The notes under the pieces: generated by a model
Databases searched by the model: none
The model's input: the letters and a program-made list of their open reading frames with translations, nothing else
Told to the model about the DNA's origin: nothing
Position numbers and translations under genes: made by a program
Shown here: positions 1 through 9,347 of the stretch, in pieces
How positions within the stretch are numbered: position 1 is the stretch's first letter
Layout of the letters: each line of letters begins with the position of its first letter
From: a bacterium
Lineage (GTDB): Bacteria > Fidelibacterota > Marinisomatia > Marinisomatales > UBA1611
DNA: 19,838 bases
Direction of reading: 5' to 3'
Assembly (NCBI GenBank): GCA_038127595.1
Contig: JAYPIC010000031.1
Location: 1-19,838, forward strand

Positions 1-205
1 GACCACTTTTCACCCCTTCACGATATATGCCCTCTTCTTTAAGTCCATTATTACCCCAAAATACAGTTATTTTACCGGTGTATGGAATCTCATCATTTTC
101 TTTAAAAATCACTCCGTTTATATCAACGATTGGTGGTTGAACTTTATATGATTGTGAAAGAATCAGGCTTAAAGAAAAAATTAAAAAAATTATATACTTA
201 ATCAT
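1..205 (-). CDS. Partial (runs off the window) secreted MORN-variant repeat / YwqK-family antitoxin-like protein
   Basis: Not in the ORF track. Manual translation from the ATG at 205-203 gives MIKYIIFLIFSLSLILSQSYKVQPPIVDINGVIFKENDEIPYTGKITVFWGNNGLKEEGIYREGVKSG with no stop before the window edge. It has a signal-peptide-like N-terminus and a PYTG...G.LKEEG.Y..G.K.G pattern typical of MORN_2/YwqK repeats. Confidence 0.75.
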   Translation of the reverse strand, partial: MIKYIIFLIFSLSLILSQSYKVQPPIVDINGVIFKENDEIPYTGKITVFWGNNGLKEEGIYREGVKSG

Positions 206-255
206 TACATTTGAATTTTAAAGTTTTGGCAAGCAATATCAGTTCTATTTTATTA

Positions 256-423
256 TTATTTTTTGAGTTGATCAGTTAAATTTTTGAGTTCAGATAATTT
301 CCCCCATTTATCACCATCACTCATAGCATAAATCATTTTACGAATGAATGACTTATACTCTTCGTCCTTGCCTTCACAAAGATCATTAATAATTTTATCT
401 AACTGAGAATTTTTTGAGTCCAT
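256..423 (-). CDS. Small hypothetical helical protein (about 55 aa)
   Basis: The ORF track gives 256..441. The ATG at 423-421 (MDSKNSQLDKIINDLC...) is the more plausible start. Charged, amphipathic sequence, co-oriented with and 50 bp upstream of the MORN-like gene. No family recognised. Confidence 0.5.
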   Translation of the reverse strand: MDSKNSQLDKIINDLCEGKDEEYKSFIRKMIYAMSDGDKWGKLSELKNLTDQLKK

Positions 424-441
424 GAAGAATTCTATTACCAA

Positions 442-639
442 TAATTTTAATCTACAAACATTATCCTTCTATTAAAGATTATATTCATTTAGCTTAAAAC
501 CATATTTTATATCATATCAATACCATGTTTTTATTTATTATAATACTTATGAATCACAAAAGAGTAGTATTACATAAAATTAAATAGATTCATTATATAA
601 GGAACATTCGTATTTAAATAATATTTAATTAAAAATTAA
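442..639. promoter_or_regulatory. Very AT-rich divergent intergenic region, probably holding promoters for wzx and the leftward genes
   Basis: Only long non-coding gap in the window, between divergently oriented genes. The palindrome ATTATAAT at 537-544 gives TATAAT on both strands. No convincing -35 box was found. Confidence 0.4.
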
Positions 640-1908
640 ATGAAAACCAATTACAATAACAAAATACCGAACGATTTTTTTAATAATGTTTTAAAAATAT
701 CAACAAGTACAATTATCTCAGCATTGGTAGTTGCTATTACACTTCCAATAATTACTAAAATATTTTCTGCCTCCATACTTGGGAAATATCAATTACTTAT
801 ATCTATAATCAATATTTTTGGAGTCATTTCCTGCTTTAAGTACGAAATGGCAATTGTAATTCCTGAAAAAGATGACATTGCTAGCAGAGTGCTAATATTA
901 TGCTTGCTGGCACTCTCATCATTTTGCCTAATATTATTGCTTATATTTTATTTTACTAGTGGTGTTTTACTTAAAGCACTCAACGCGGAAAATTTGAATG
1001 ATACATTTTGGGTTATACCAATCGGAGTACTCTTCTTTGGACTGTTTGAAATTGTCAAATATAGTCTTCTAAGAAAAAAACTTTTTAATCATTTTTCAAA
1101 AGCTAGAGTATATCAAGTTCTATCTACTCAATCACTTATGATAATTTTTGGCCTAATAAAGCCTTCGTTTATATCATTATTTTTAGCATTCATTTCAGGT
1201 CATCTCGTTTCAACAATGGCATTTCTAAAAAAATCATTAATGAAAATAAAACCAAGTAAAAATATTCAAATTTTTAGAGTCGCTAAAAAATTCAAAAAAT
1301 TTCCTTTTTTTAATACACCAATGGTTTTTGCAAATACATTATCAAACGAGCTTCCAGTTTTTTTCTTAGCGTCATATTTTTCATCCGAAACGTTAGGATA
1401 TTTTTTGTTAGCAAATAGACTAATTGTTATTCCTATGAATTTAATAGGAACAGCGATAAATAAAGTTTACTTCCAAAAAGCCTCAGAGACTTTTAACAAG
1501 AACAAAAAAGATCTTTTTGAATTATATATTAATACAACAAAAAAATTGATTCTTTTAGGCATACCACCACTTTTCGTGTTTTATTTTTTATCTGATTTCA
1601 TCGTTGATTTAATCTTTGGTGATAATTGGGTAGTTACAGGTCAAATGATGAAGATTATTTCAGTTACTGCTTTTTTTAAATTTATTACTTCACCAATTGG
1701 AACAAGTCTCACAATAATAAATAAACAAGACTTTGCATTCTATTTAACATTTCTATCTTTAGTGCTAAGATTTTTTATTATGCTAAATTTCCATAATTCA
1801 ATTTCATCTTTGTTTTGGGCATTCACTATATCATCCGCAATTTATTACATTGTTTACCATATTTTTGTGTTTAGACTATTATCAGAAATATCGAAGGATA
1901 ATGAGTAA
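640..1908 (+). CDS. wzx: Wzx-type oligosaccharide flippase (MOP/PST family)
   Basis: 422 aa with about 12 hydrophobic segments. N-terminal LPIITKIFS...LGKY, KYEMAIV and KKFKKFP...ANTLSNELP...GYFLLANRLI..P..LIG motifs are typical of polysaccharide flippases. Confidence 0.85.
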   Translation: MKTNYNNKIPNDFFNNVLKISTSTIISALVVAITLPIITKIFSASILGKYQLLISIINIFGVISCFKYEMAIVIPEKDDIASRVLILCLLALSSFCLILLLIFYFTSGVLLKALNAENLNDTFWVIPIGVLFFGLFEIVKYSLLRKKLFNHFSKARVYQVLSTQSLMIIFGLIKPSFISLFLAFISGHLVSTMAFLKKSLMKIKPSKNIQIFRVAKKFKKFPFFNTPMVFANTLSNELPVFFLASYFSSETLGYFLLANRLIVIPMNLIGTAINKVYFQKASETFNKNKKDLFELYINTTKKLILLGIPPLFVFYFLSDFIVDLIFGDNWVVTGQMMKIISVTAFFKFITSPIGTSLTIINKQDFAFYLTFLSLVLRFFIMLNFHNSISSLFWAFTISSAIYYIVYHIFVFRLLSEISKDNE

Positions 1909-2517
1909 ATGAATGACAAAAAAAAATACTCTAGTGATTGGATTAATAAACTAGAAAGCAAAGAACATTGGTTATCTTATTGGCATCAAATAAAATTAAT
2001 GTCAGAAAGCTTAGAACCACATGATTCCGTAATTGAGCTGGGTATAGGATCAGGATTCACATCAAACTATCTCCGATCAAAAAATATTGATGTTCTCACA
2101 GTAGACATTGATAAAAATAAATCACCGGATATAGTCTCTGATGCAATAAGTTTTAAACCCAATAAAAACTATGACCACTTTTGTGCATTTGAAGTGTTTG
2201 AACATATGAAATTTGAAGAAATGGAAAATGTCTTAAACAATATAAAGTCTAAAATCGATAAAAACATTTTTATAAGCGTTCCCATCTATAAAAAAACCCC
2301 AATAAACATTGAATTAAAATTCAAATCCTATTGGAAGTCAATAACCATTAAAACTCCAAAAACTAGTATAATTGACCCCCACCATCACTGGGAATTGAAT
2401 TATAAAGATATAACAGAGGAAAGACTCATAAATGTTTTTGAACATCACAATTTTAAACTAAATAATAAAAGTTCTTTTTTTAGATGGCGCTATTTCCATT
2501 TCAATAAAACTGATTAG
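1909..2517 (+). CDS. Class I SAM-dependent methyltransferase
   Basis: Motif I VIELGIGSG, acidic strand-2 end TVDID, FEVFEH, and C-terminal HHWEL. Its ATG directly abuts the wzx stop codon. Confidence 0.8.
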   Translation: MNDKKKYSSDWINKLESKEHWLSYWHQIKLMSESLEPHDSVIELGIGSGFTSNYLRSKNIDVLTVDIDKNKSPDIVSDAISFKPNKNYDHFCAFEVFEHMKFEEMENVLNNIKSKIDKNIFISVPIYKKTPINIELKFKSYWKSITIKTPKTSIIDPHHHWELNYKDITEERLINVFEHHNFKLNNKSSFFRWRYFHFNKTD

Positions 2518-2532
2518 ATATTAGAGCTTAAT

Positions 2533-3489
2533 TTGAACTACTTTAGTGAATCATATTTTGTAAAAATTAAAAATTCAATGTTTCGACCTCTCAACTATAT
2601 ACTAGGCCCTTTACAAAATAATTTTCTTCATAAAGAAGATTTAAAATACCTTGATTTATACCCTCCTGTTTTTATAATAGGCCCACCTAGATCGGGCACT
2701 ACAGTTTTATATCAGTTACTTTGTAAGCATACTAATTTTTCATACATAAATAATTTTATAGGTCATTGGTACCGTCTCCCCATATTAGCTGCAAAAGCTT
2801 ATACTACACTTTTTCAAGGTGGAAATGAATTAGAATTAAATTCGAATTTTGGAAAATCAAAAAATCACTACGGCCCAAATGAATTTGGAGAGTTCTGGTA
2901 CAAATATTATTCGAAAACCCACTCTTTTAAAAATCAAAATAAAAAATCTGCTGATAAATTAAAGATGGAAATAGCTGCAATAACAAAAATTTTTAAAAAA
3001 CCAATACTTCTAAAAAATGTAGTAAATAGTATGCGTATAGAATCTTTGAGCAATATATTTAATAATTCTACTTTCATTGTTATTGGAAGAGATAAACTTG
3101 ATAATGCCCAATCAATTCTTAATGCCAGAATATTATTGCATAATGATAAAAATCACCAATGGTCAGTGATAACCCCATCAATGAGAAATAACCCAAATTT
3201 GCCTTTTTACAAAGATATAATCAGTCAATTAGATGATATACAGTTAAATATAGAATCTTCCTTTAAACGCATAGGAAATGATAAATTTATATTCATTGAA
3301 TATGAGGATTTATGTAATGACACACCCAAAATTATAAAATCTATATTGCAAAAACTAAATTCTAGAGGTTTAAACCTCAATGAGAAAGGTCAAATCCCAA
3401 GACAACTGAATTTTTCAACAGGAATTAAAGTATCAGAACCAGATTATGAACTTTTGAGAGAAGAAATTAGAAAAAATGAAAAATCTTGA
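2533..3489 (+). CDS. PAPS-dependent sulfotransferase (Sulfotransfer_3-like)
   Basis: 5'-PSB loop PVFIIGPPRSGTTVL, LLKN, 3'-PB-like GRDKLDNAQS and IEYEDLC. TTG start at 2533; alternative ATG at 2578. Confidence 0.85.
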   Translation: MNYFSESYFVKIKNSMFRPLNYILGPLQNNFLHKEDLKYLDLYPPVFIIGPPRSGTTVLYQLLCKHTNFSYINNFIGHWYRLPILAAKAYTTLFQGGNELELNSNFGKSKNHYGPNEFGEFWYKYYSKTHSFKNQNKKSADKLKMEIAAITKIFKKPILLKNVVNSMRIESLSNIFNNSTFIVIGRDKLDNAQSILNARILLHNDKNHQWSVITPSMRNNPNLPFYKDIISQLDDIQLNIESSFKRIGNDKFIFIEYEDLCNDTPKIIKSILQKLNSRGLNLNEKGQIPRQLNFSTGIKVSEPDYELLREEIRKNEKS

Positions 3490-4408
3490 TAAAATAAAAA
3501 CATTCATTTCAGAATCTGAACAAGGAACAATATTTACAACACCCGAATGGCTAGAAGCGGTGGCCCCAGGAAAATGGGATTATATAACTAACGAATCAGC
3601 GGGATCAATAAAAGCATGTATGCCTATTATTTTAAATGAAAAATTAGGACTGACAATTTGCAACATGCCACCATTCACACAATCCTTAGGTATTATGTAT
3701 CCTGCATATGAGGGCAAATATGCAGAAGTTTTAACTAGAAAAATGAATGCTTTATCTGAATTAATTTCATTAATACCTAAAAACTCATATTTTAGGCAAA
3801 GACTGCACCCTTCTATAACCAATTGGTTACCATTTTATTGGCGAGAATACAATCAATCAACTAGATATACATACATAATTAAAGATCTTGCCAATCATGA
3901 TAAAATTTGGAAAAGTTTTCGTTCCAATATAAGACAGGAGATAAGAAAAGCTTCAAAAACTATAAAGATATTTGAAGAAGATGATTTCGAATCTCTGAGT
4001 TTTTGCATCGACAGCACATTCGCTAGACAAAGAAATAAAAATTTTGATTTTTCTACCTTAAAAAATATTTTTGATAGTTGTAAAAAATTAAAAAATGGGA
4101 AAATATTTTTAGCAAAAAGTGAAAACGGAATATGTGGTGCTATATATTTAGTTTGGGATAAAAAATCTGCCTATTATATAGCAGGAGGAAGCCCAATAGA
4201 TGTGAGAACAACTGGAGCTATGCCGCTGCTTTTATGGGAGGCAATAAAATTCTCATCTAAAGTTACAAAACATTTTAATTTTGAAGGATCAATGATAAAA
4301 CCAATCGAGAGATTTTTTAGAGCATTTGGTGGAGAGCAAGTTCCATATTTTGAAATCACTAAAATAAATTCAAAGATTATAAGCTTCGCGAAAAATTTCA
4401 AAAGTTAA
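3476..4408 (+). CDS. FemAB-like / GNAT (Acetyltransf_6) acyltransferase of polysaccharide loci
   Basis: TIFTTPEWL, PPFTQSLG, NWLPFYW...TRYTY, IRQEIRKA, LLLWEAIK and FNFEGSM..IERFFRAFGG pattern. Overlaps the sulfotransferase stop by 14 bp. Confidence 0.75.
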   Translation: MKNLDKIKTFISESEQGTIFTTPEWLEAVAPGKWDYITNESAGSIKACMPIILNEKLGLTICNMPPFTQSLGIMYPAYEGKYAEVLTRKMNALSELISLIPKNSYFRQRLHPSITNWLPFYWREYNQSTRYTYIIKDLANHDKIWKSFRSNIRQEIRKASKTIKIFEEDDFESLSFCIDSTFARQRNKNFDFSTLKNIFDSCKKLKNGKIFLAKSENGICGAIYLVWDKKSAYYIAGGSPIDVRTTGAMPLLLWEAIKFSSKVTKHFNFEGSMIKPIERFFRAFGGEQVPYFEITKINSKIISFAKNFKS

Positions 4409-4429
4409 AATCAATTTAACATCCTAATG

Positions 4430-5707
4430 TCACCAAGATAAATAATTATTTTTTACTAAAACATCTGGTGTCACACACCCTATTTTTGATTCATAAATAA
4501 ATTCTACAACTTTTTTATACTCTTTGATAAATGCCCCATATTTATAATCTGTAAAGTAATTATTATGCCACAGCAAAGAAATATCACAATTTTTTGGATT
4601 TTGTTCATACATGTTTATGATCCTATCCCCTATGCCATCTACTTCAACATCCATATATTTATGAAACGTACGATCCATCAATTGTAAAGGAGTTTCAATA
4701 AAATCATAAGGCTTACCATTTTTTATATCAAACGGTTGAAATGATTTTCCATAAGAGTTCCGAAAACCACATTCCTCGGCAAATCCTAAACTAGAATCAA
4801 AATTTAATGAGGAATTTGATATCTCTTTATAATGCTTATGAGGGAGAAATTTCAAATAATGATATCTATTATATTTATTTTCAAATTTACTTTTTTTTAA
4901 TTCTTCATCGATGCTCATATCAAAAGACGATTTATGAAGACCATTAACATTCCTAGATTCATCTACTAGCTTGATCTCATCTTCTACATCAGATATGTTA
5001 TAATCAGCATTTTCTATACCACTTTTACTCTTCCCCTTATTGACTATCCAAAAAAAGGTAGACTTTATATCATACATATCATTTATTTTCACAATTTTGT
5101 CAATATTTTTCCAATGATAATCTTTAGAAATTTCTGCTAAAATAATATTTAGCATTGTTCCTATCTTCATTTTTTTTAATGCCCAAAACCCATCTTCAAA
5201 AAAGGATCCATATAATCTATCTATATCATGGGATATAAAGAATACACTATCATTTTTATTACCATTTATTGAATGCTCATCACAAAAATTATTGATTAAA
5301 GTTTCCACTAAATTTTCATTGATATTGTTAAACCTATATTGGTATGAAGAAGAATATTTAAATCTTCCCAAATCATCTAGATCTTTTTTCTCAACATTAA
5401 ATTCTTGTAATGAGTTAATCATATAAAAAATGGAAGCAATCTTATCTACATTATCATTTTTATCAGTAACATTTGGTGAAGTCAAGAAAACCTCATCATG
5501 CTTTAGCGATGCACTCCCATCTTTAATAGAATCAAAAAAATCATAAGCTAGAGCCTCAGATTTAATGTTTTTATGATCCCAGATAATTTCTGCCTCTGCA
5601 GAACTATTTTTAATATTAAATATAACATTTCGATTTTTTTCTATTATTTTTAAAACATAAATAATTGGATGGTAATAAGAAGTATTTTTCCTTATGTATA
5701 CATTCAT
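4430..5707 (-). CDS. Polysaccharide deacetylase-like protein (CE4/NodB-type barrel with N-terminal extension)
   Basis: Motifs ISHDID, STFFW, GLH, RYHYLKF, DSSLGFAE..GFR, ETPLQLMD and LLWHN. N-terminal region contains DKIASIFYM...DDLGRF. Confidence 0.75.
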   Translation of the reverse strand: MNVYIRKNTSYYHPIIYVLKIIEKNRNVIFNIKNSSAEAEIIWDHKNIKSEALAYDFFDSIKDGSASLKHDEVFLTSPNVTDKNDNVDKIASIFYMINSLQEFNVEKKDLDDLGRFKYSSSYQYRFNNINENLVETLINNFCDEHSINGNKNDSVFFISHDIDRLYGSFFEDGFWALKKMKIGTMLNIILAEISKDYHWKNIDKIVKINDMYDIKSTFFWIVNKGKSKSGIENADYNISDVEDEIKLVDESRNVNGLHKSSFDMSIDEELKKSKFENKYNRYHYLKFLPHKHYKEISNSSLNFDSSLGFAEECGFRNSYGKSFQPFDIKNGKPYDFIETPLQLMDRTFHKYMDVEVDGIGDRIINMYEQNPKNCDISLLWHNNYFTDYKYGAFIKEYKKVVEFIYESKIGCVTPDVLVKNNYLSW

Positions 5708-5764
5708 AGAAAAAATTGTTATTAAAGATTAATTAGATTTAATGAAACAAACATATTGATTTCT

Positions 5765-7315
5765 CTACTCCCATTCGATAGTGCAAGGTGGCTTTGATGT
5801 TACATCATATACTACTCTATTTAAGCCTTTTATGTTATTTACTATATTACTAGAAATTTCTGATAAAACATCAGATGGCATTTTATACCAATCAGCGGTC
5901 ATTCCATCTACACTAGTCACTGCTCTTAATGCAACCAAATTTTCGTAAGTCCTTTGATCCCCCATAACGCCTACTGTTTTTACTGGAACCAATACTGCAA
6001 ATGCTTGCCATATGTTATCATATTCACCAGTTTTCTTGAGGACTTCCATATATATATGGTCAACTTCTTGAAGTATTGATACTCTATCCTTGGTTACCTC
6101 ACCAATAACTCTAACACCTAACCCAGGACCAGGAAATGGGTGTCTAAAAATTAATTCATTTGAAATGCCTAATTGTTTCCCCACCGCTCTTACTTCGTCT
6201 TTAAAAAGATCCTTTAAAGGTTCAATTAGACCGAATTCTAAATCATCAGGCAAACCGCCAACATTATGATGACTTTTTATTACATGAGCCGACTTGCTTG
6301 CACTAACTCCACTTTCAATAATATCAGGGTACAAAGTACCTTGTCCTAAAAATTTATAATTTCCAAACTCAGCAGCAATTCTATCAAAAGATTTAATAAA
6401 CTGATCCCCAATAATTTTCCTTTTTTGCTCAGGGTCAATAACACCTTTTAACCTTGAAAAAAATAATTTCGATTCATCAAAAAGATGGACATCTATACCT
6501 AAGCCATTTTTCAAAGCATTAACACAATTCTTTGCTTCTGCTTTTCGTAACAAACCATGATCAATTAAAACAGCAGTACATTTATTTCCAACAGATTTAT
6601 TTATTAAACAAGCCATTACTGTTGAATCTACACCTCCGCTAACGCCAACTAAAATATTTTCATCTCCACTTTTTTCTTTAATTTTTTTGACTTGTTCTTG
6701 AATAAAATTGCTTGGAGTCCAATTTTTTTCACATTTGGCTATTTTAAAAATAAAATTTTTAAGTAGCTGTCCACCCTCCTCAGTATGTGACACCTCAGGA
6801 TGAAATTGAGTAGCAATTTTATTTTGCTTTCGATTAATTAATCCTGCAACAACGCCGTTTGCACTTGTAGCAATAACCTGCCAACCATCCGGAACTTTAG
6901 TTACTTGATCCATATGGCTCATCCAGACATTTGATGTATCAGACATTTGATCAGTAATTGTATTACCTTTTGTAAAGTCAACCTCAGCAAAACCATATTC
7001 ACCTTTCCCAGTTGAATTAACTGCACCACCATTATGATGTACAAGCAAATGTAAACCATAACAAATACCTAAAATTGGTATGTCGGTATTTAAGATATTT
7101 TTATCAAAAACAGGTGCATCATCCGAAAAAACACTAGAAGGTCCACCAGAAAGGATGATTGCCCTAGGATTTTTCTCCTTTATAGATTTTAAATCAATTT
7201 CAGGAGATACTACCTCGGAATAAACATTAAATTCTCTTATCCTTCTTGCAATTAACTGAGTGAATTGAGAACCAAAATCTAAAATGATTATGGCCTCTTT
7301 TTTTAATTGATCCAT
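5765..7315 (-). CDS. guaA: GMP synthase (glutamine-hydrolysing)
   Basis: LDFGSQFTQLIARRIRE, GATase GICYG and QFHPEV, PP-loop SGGVDS, IKSHHNVGGLP, RHPFPGPGL and C-terminal KPPCTIEWE. Confidence 0.99.
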   Translation of the reverse strand: MDQLKKEAIIILDFGSQFTQLIARRIREFNVYSEVVSPEIDLKSIKEKNPRAIILSGGPSSVFSDDAPVFDKNILNTDIPILGICYGLHLLVHHNGGAVNSTGKGEYGFAEVDFTKGNTITDQMSDTSNVWMSHMDQVTKVPDGWQVIATSANGVVAGLINRKQNKIATQFHPEVSHTEEGGQLLKNFIFKIAKCEKNWTPSNFIQEQVKKIKEKSGDENILVGVSGGVDSTVMACLINKSVGNKCTAVLIDHGLLRKAEAKNCVNALKNGLGIDVHLFDESKLFFSRLKGVIDPEQKRKIIGDQFIKSFDRIAAEFGNYKFLGQGTLYPDIIESGVSASKSAHVIKSHHNVGGLPDDLEFGLIEPLKDLFKDEVRAVGKQLGISNELIFRHPFPGPGLGVRVIGEVTKDRVSILQEVDHIYMEVLKKTGEYDNIWQAFAVLVPVKTVGVMGDQRTYENLVALRAVTSVDGMTADWYKMPSDVLSEISSNIVNNIKGLNRVVYDVTSKPPCTIEWE

Positions 7316-8067
7316 TAATCTAAGATTTTTTTCATTTCTTCAATTTCTTTGGAACTAGATAAATTAAATCCAAGTGGTGAAAGACTCGCATAATCATTTT
7401 TTACTACATAAGAATCACTGTCAAATGTGGAATCTTCATCAACCATATTTCCTACCATCCAATAATATTCATTTCCTTTTGGATCTACCTTAGTGTCAAA
7501 ATCATCATTAAAATATTGATTACCCTGTGATGCAACTTTTATTCCCTTTAATTTATCTATCTCACAATTTGGAATATTAACATTCCAAATGAACTTTTTA
7601 GTAATCTTATTTTCTATAGCAAGATTTATGATTTGGCGTATGATACTTTTTGAAGTATCAAAGCTTTTAGGATTGAAAGAATCAATACTGAAAGCAATGG
7701 ATGGAATATTTTGCATAGCACCCTCTATAGCAGCTGCTACAGTACCGGAGTAGATAATATTATATCCTAAATTTGATCCTAAATTAATACCTGATAAAAT
7801 AAGGTCAGGGGCATTACTCAATATTTTTTTTAAACCAAATTTTACACAATCTGCCGGAGAACCAGTGACAGCTATACCCTCAAATCCATTTCTACGTTTA
7901 ATTTTATCTATGAATAACGGCTTTGAAATTGTGATACTATGTCCAGTAGCACTTTTTTGTGAATTTGGAGCAACAACATAAACACTACCAAATTCTTTTG
8001 CTACTTCCCAAAGAGCATAAATCCCTGAGGAAAAGATGCCATCATCATTTGTAATTAAAATTTTCAA
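7315..8067 (-). CDS. surE: 5'/3'-nucleotidase SurE
   Basis: ILITNDDG, GSPADCV, SGINLGSNLG and YSGTVAAAIEG. TTG start overlaps the accD TGA (TTGA); its stop overlaps the guaA ATG (TAATG). Confidence 0.97.
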   Translation of the reverse strand: MKILITNDDGIFSSGIYALWEVAKEFGSVYVVAPNSQKSATGHSITISKPLFIDKIKRRNGFEGIAVTGSPADCVKFGLKKILSNAPDLILSGINLGSNLGYNIIYSGTVAAAIEGAMQNIPSIAFSIDSFNPKSFDTSKSIIRQIINLAIENKITKKFIWNVNIPNCEIDKLKGIKVASQGNQYFNDDFDTKVDPKGNEYYWMVGNMVDEDSTFDSDSYVVKNDYASLSPLGFNLSSSKEIEEMKKILD

Positions 8068-8900
8068 TTTAACAAATCTATTATTTGATATAATCGATTC
8101 TTCATTTTATCTCTGGGTACTATCTGATCTACGAACCCTTTATCAAGCAAAAATTCTGAGCGCTGGAAACCCTCTGGTAGATCTTGACCTATTGTTTGTT
8201 TTATAACTCTGGGACCCGCAAATCCGATCAAGGCACCCGGCTCAGCTAAAATTATATCACCAAGCATTCCATAACTTGCCGTTACTCCACCAGTCGTAGG
8301 ATCAGTAAGTATTGTTATATATAATCCGCCTTCTTTTGAAAATTTTGCCAATTGCGAGCTTATTTTAGCTAATTGCATTAAAGAAATAGCACCTTCCTGC
8401 ATTCTAGCGCCTCCAGATTTACAAACTAAAATTAAAGGTACATTCTCTTTACCCGCCTTTACTATGGCTCTTGAAATAAGTTCTCCGACAACAGAACCCA
8501 TGCTCCCGCCAATAAAACCAAAATTCATGACACCTATAATTACAGGTTTATCTTTAATGTTTCCAGAATAAATTTCAATAGAATCAGTTTCGCCACCTTT
8601 TGCATAGGCTTCTTTTAATTGGTCGTCATAGTTACGCATCGCGGCAAACTTTAAAAAATTTAATGACTTCACATTTTTAAAAATTCTCTTTGATGATCCT
8701 TTATCAAGAATTATCTCTAGATAATATCTAAAATTCATTCTAAAATGAAAATCACAGTGCCTACATACAGATAAATTTTTATCTAGTTCTGGTTTAAATA
8801 AAATTTCTTTACATGAAGGACATTTTTCCCATAGTCCATCAGGAATAGCTTTTTTATTCTTTTCTTTTATTTTTTTGTCTTTTCTTTTAAACCAGTCCAT
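8064..8900 (-). CDS. accD: Acetyl-CoA carboxylase carboxyltransferase beta subunit
   Basis: C4 zinc finger CPSC...CRHC, FIGGSMGSVVGE, SGGARMQEG, PTTGGVTAS, IGFAGPRVI and FQRSEFLL. Confidence 0.98.
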   Translation of the reverse strand: MDWFKRKDKKIKEKNKKAIPDGLWEKCPSCKEILFKPELDKNLSVCRHCDFHFRMNFRYYLEIILDKGSSKRIFKNVKSLNFLKFAAMRNYDDQLKEAYAKGGETDSIEIYSGNIKDKPVIIGVMNFGFIGGSMGSVVGELISRAIVKAGKENVPLILVCKSGGARMQEGAISLMQLAKISSQLAKFSKEGGLYITILTDPTTGGVTASYGMLGDIILAEPGALIGFAGPRVIKQTIGQDLPEGFQRSEFLLDKGFVDQIVPRDKMKNRLYQIIDLLN

Positions 8901-8913
8901 TATTATTGTTATT

Positions 8914-9345
8914 TCATTTGACGAGTTGCATATTTATAGCATCACCACCATCATTATAATATGATTTTCTAATAGATACTCTTTCAAAATTAAGCTTAGT
9001 ATACATATTTAATGCTTTAATATTATTTTTATTTACTTCTAGATAAATAGAATGTTTAACTGGCAAACTTTTTATATATATTTTTAACATTTTTAAGCCA
9101 TGCCCCATACCCTGCCGACACTCATGAATAGCAATATTAAGTAAACTTATTTCACCTTTATGCCTCATATCAATTATAAACCCAACTACATCATTATCAA
9201 CTTCATATATCCAAAGTCTTTTATCTGTTTTATTTGCCAATACTTCGAAAAGCATATTTTGATTCCAATATGGATTTTTATAGGCCATAACTTCAATGTT
9301 CAATACATCTTTTAAATCTGATTCTATGCCCTTTCTTAGAATCAA
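8914..9345 (-). CDS. rimI: Ribosomal protein S18 alanine N-acetyltransferase (GNAT)
   Basis: LLNIAI...RQGMGHG acetyl-CoA motif, LEV...N..A..MY...F, RKSYY..G.DA..M. Sits in the canonical position after tsaB. TTG start. Confidence 0.85.
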   Translation of the reverse strand: MILRKGIESDLKDVLNIEVMAYKNPYWNQNMLFEVLANKTDKRLWIYEVDNDVVGFIIDMRHKGEISLLNIAIHECRQGMGHGLKMLKIYIKSLPVKHSIYLEVNKNNIKALNMYTKLNFERVSIRKSYYNDGGDAINMQLVK

Positions 9346-9347
9346 AA

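Noticed and set aside
541..572. Inverted repeat TAATACT-N18-AGTATTA and a TCACA half-site (554-558) as a possible CRP or other operator
   Set aside because: A 7-bp AT-rich repeat is expected by chance in this region, and the matching TGTGA half-site at CRP spacing is absent.
442..639. ops/JUMPstart element upstream of the polysaccharide genes
   Set aside because: No GGCGGTAG-like sequence seen.
3580..4401. ORFs 3580..3822 (-) and 4174..4401 (-)
   Set aside because: Short antisense shadows inside the GNAT gene with no recognisable motifs.
5740..5800. Prophage or integrative element at the guaA 3' end
   Set aside because: No integrase and no duplicated guaA 3' sequence were seen in the window.
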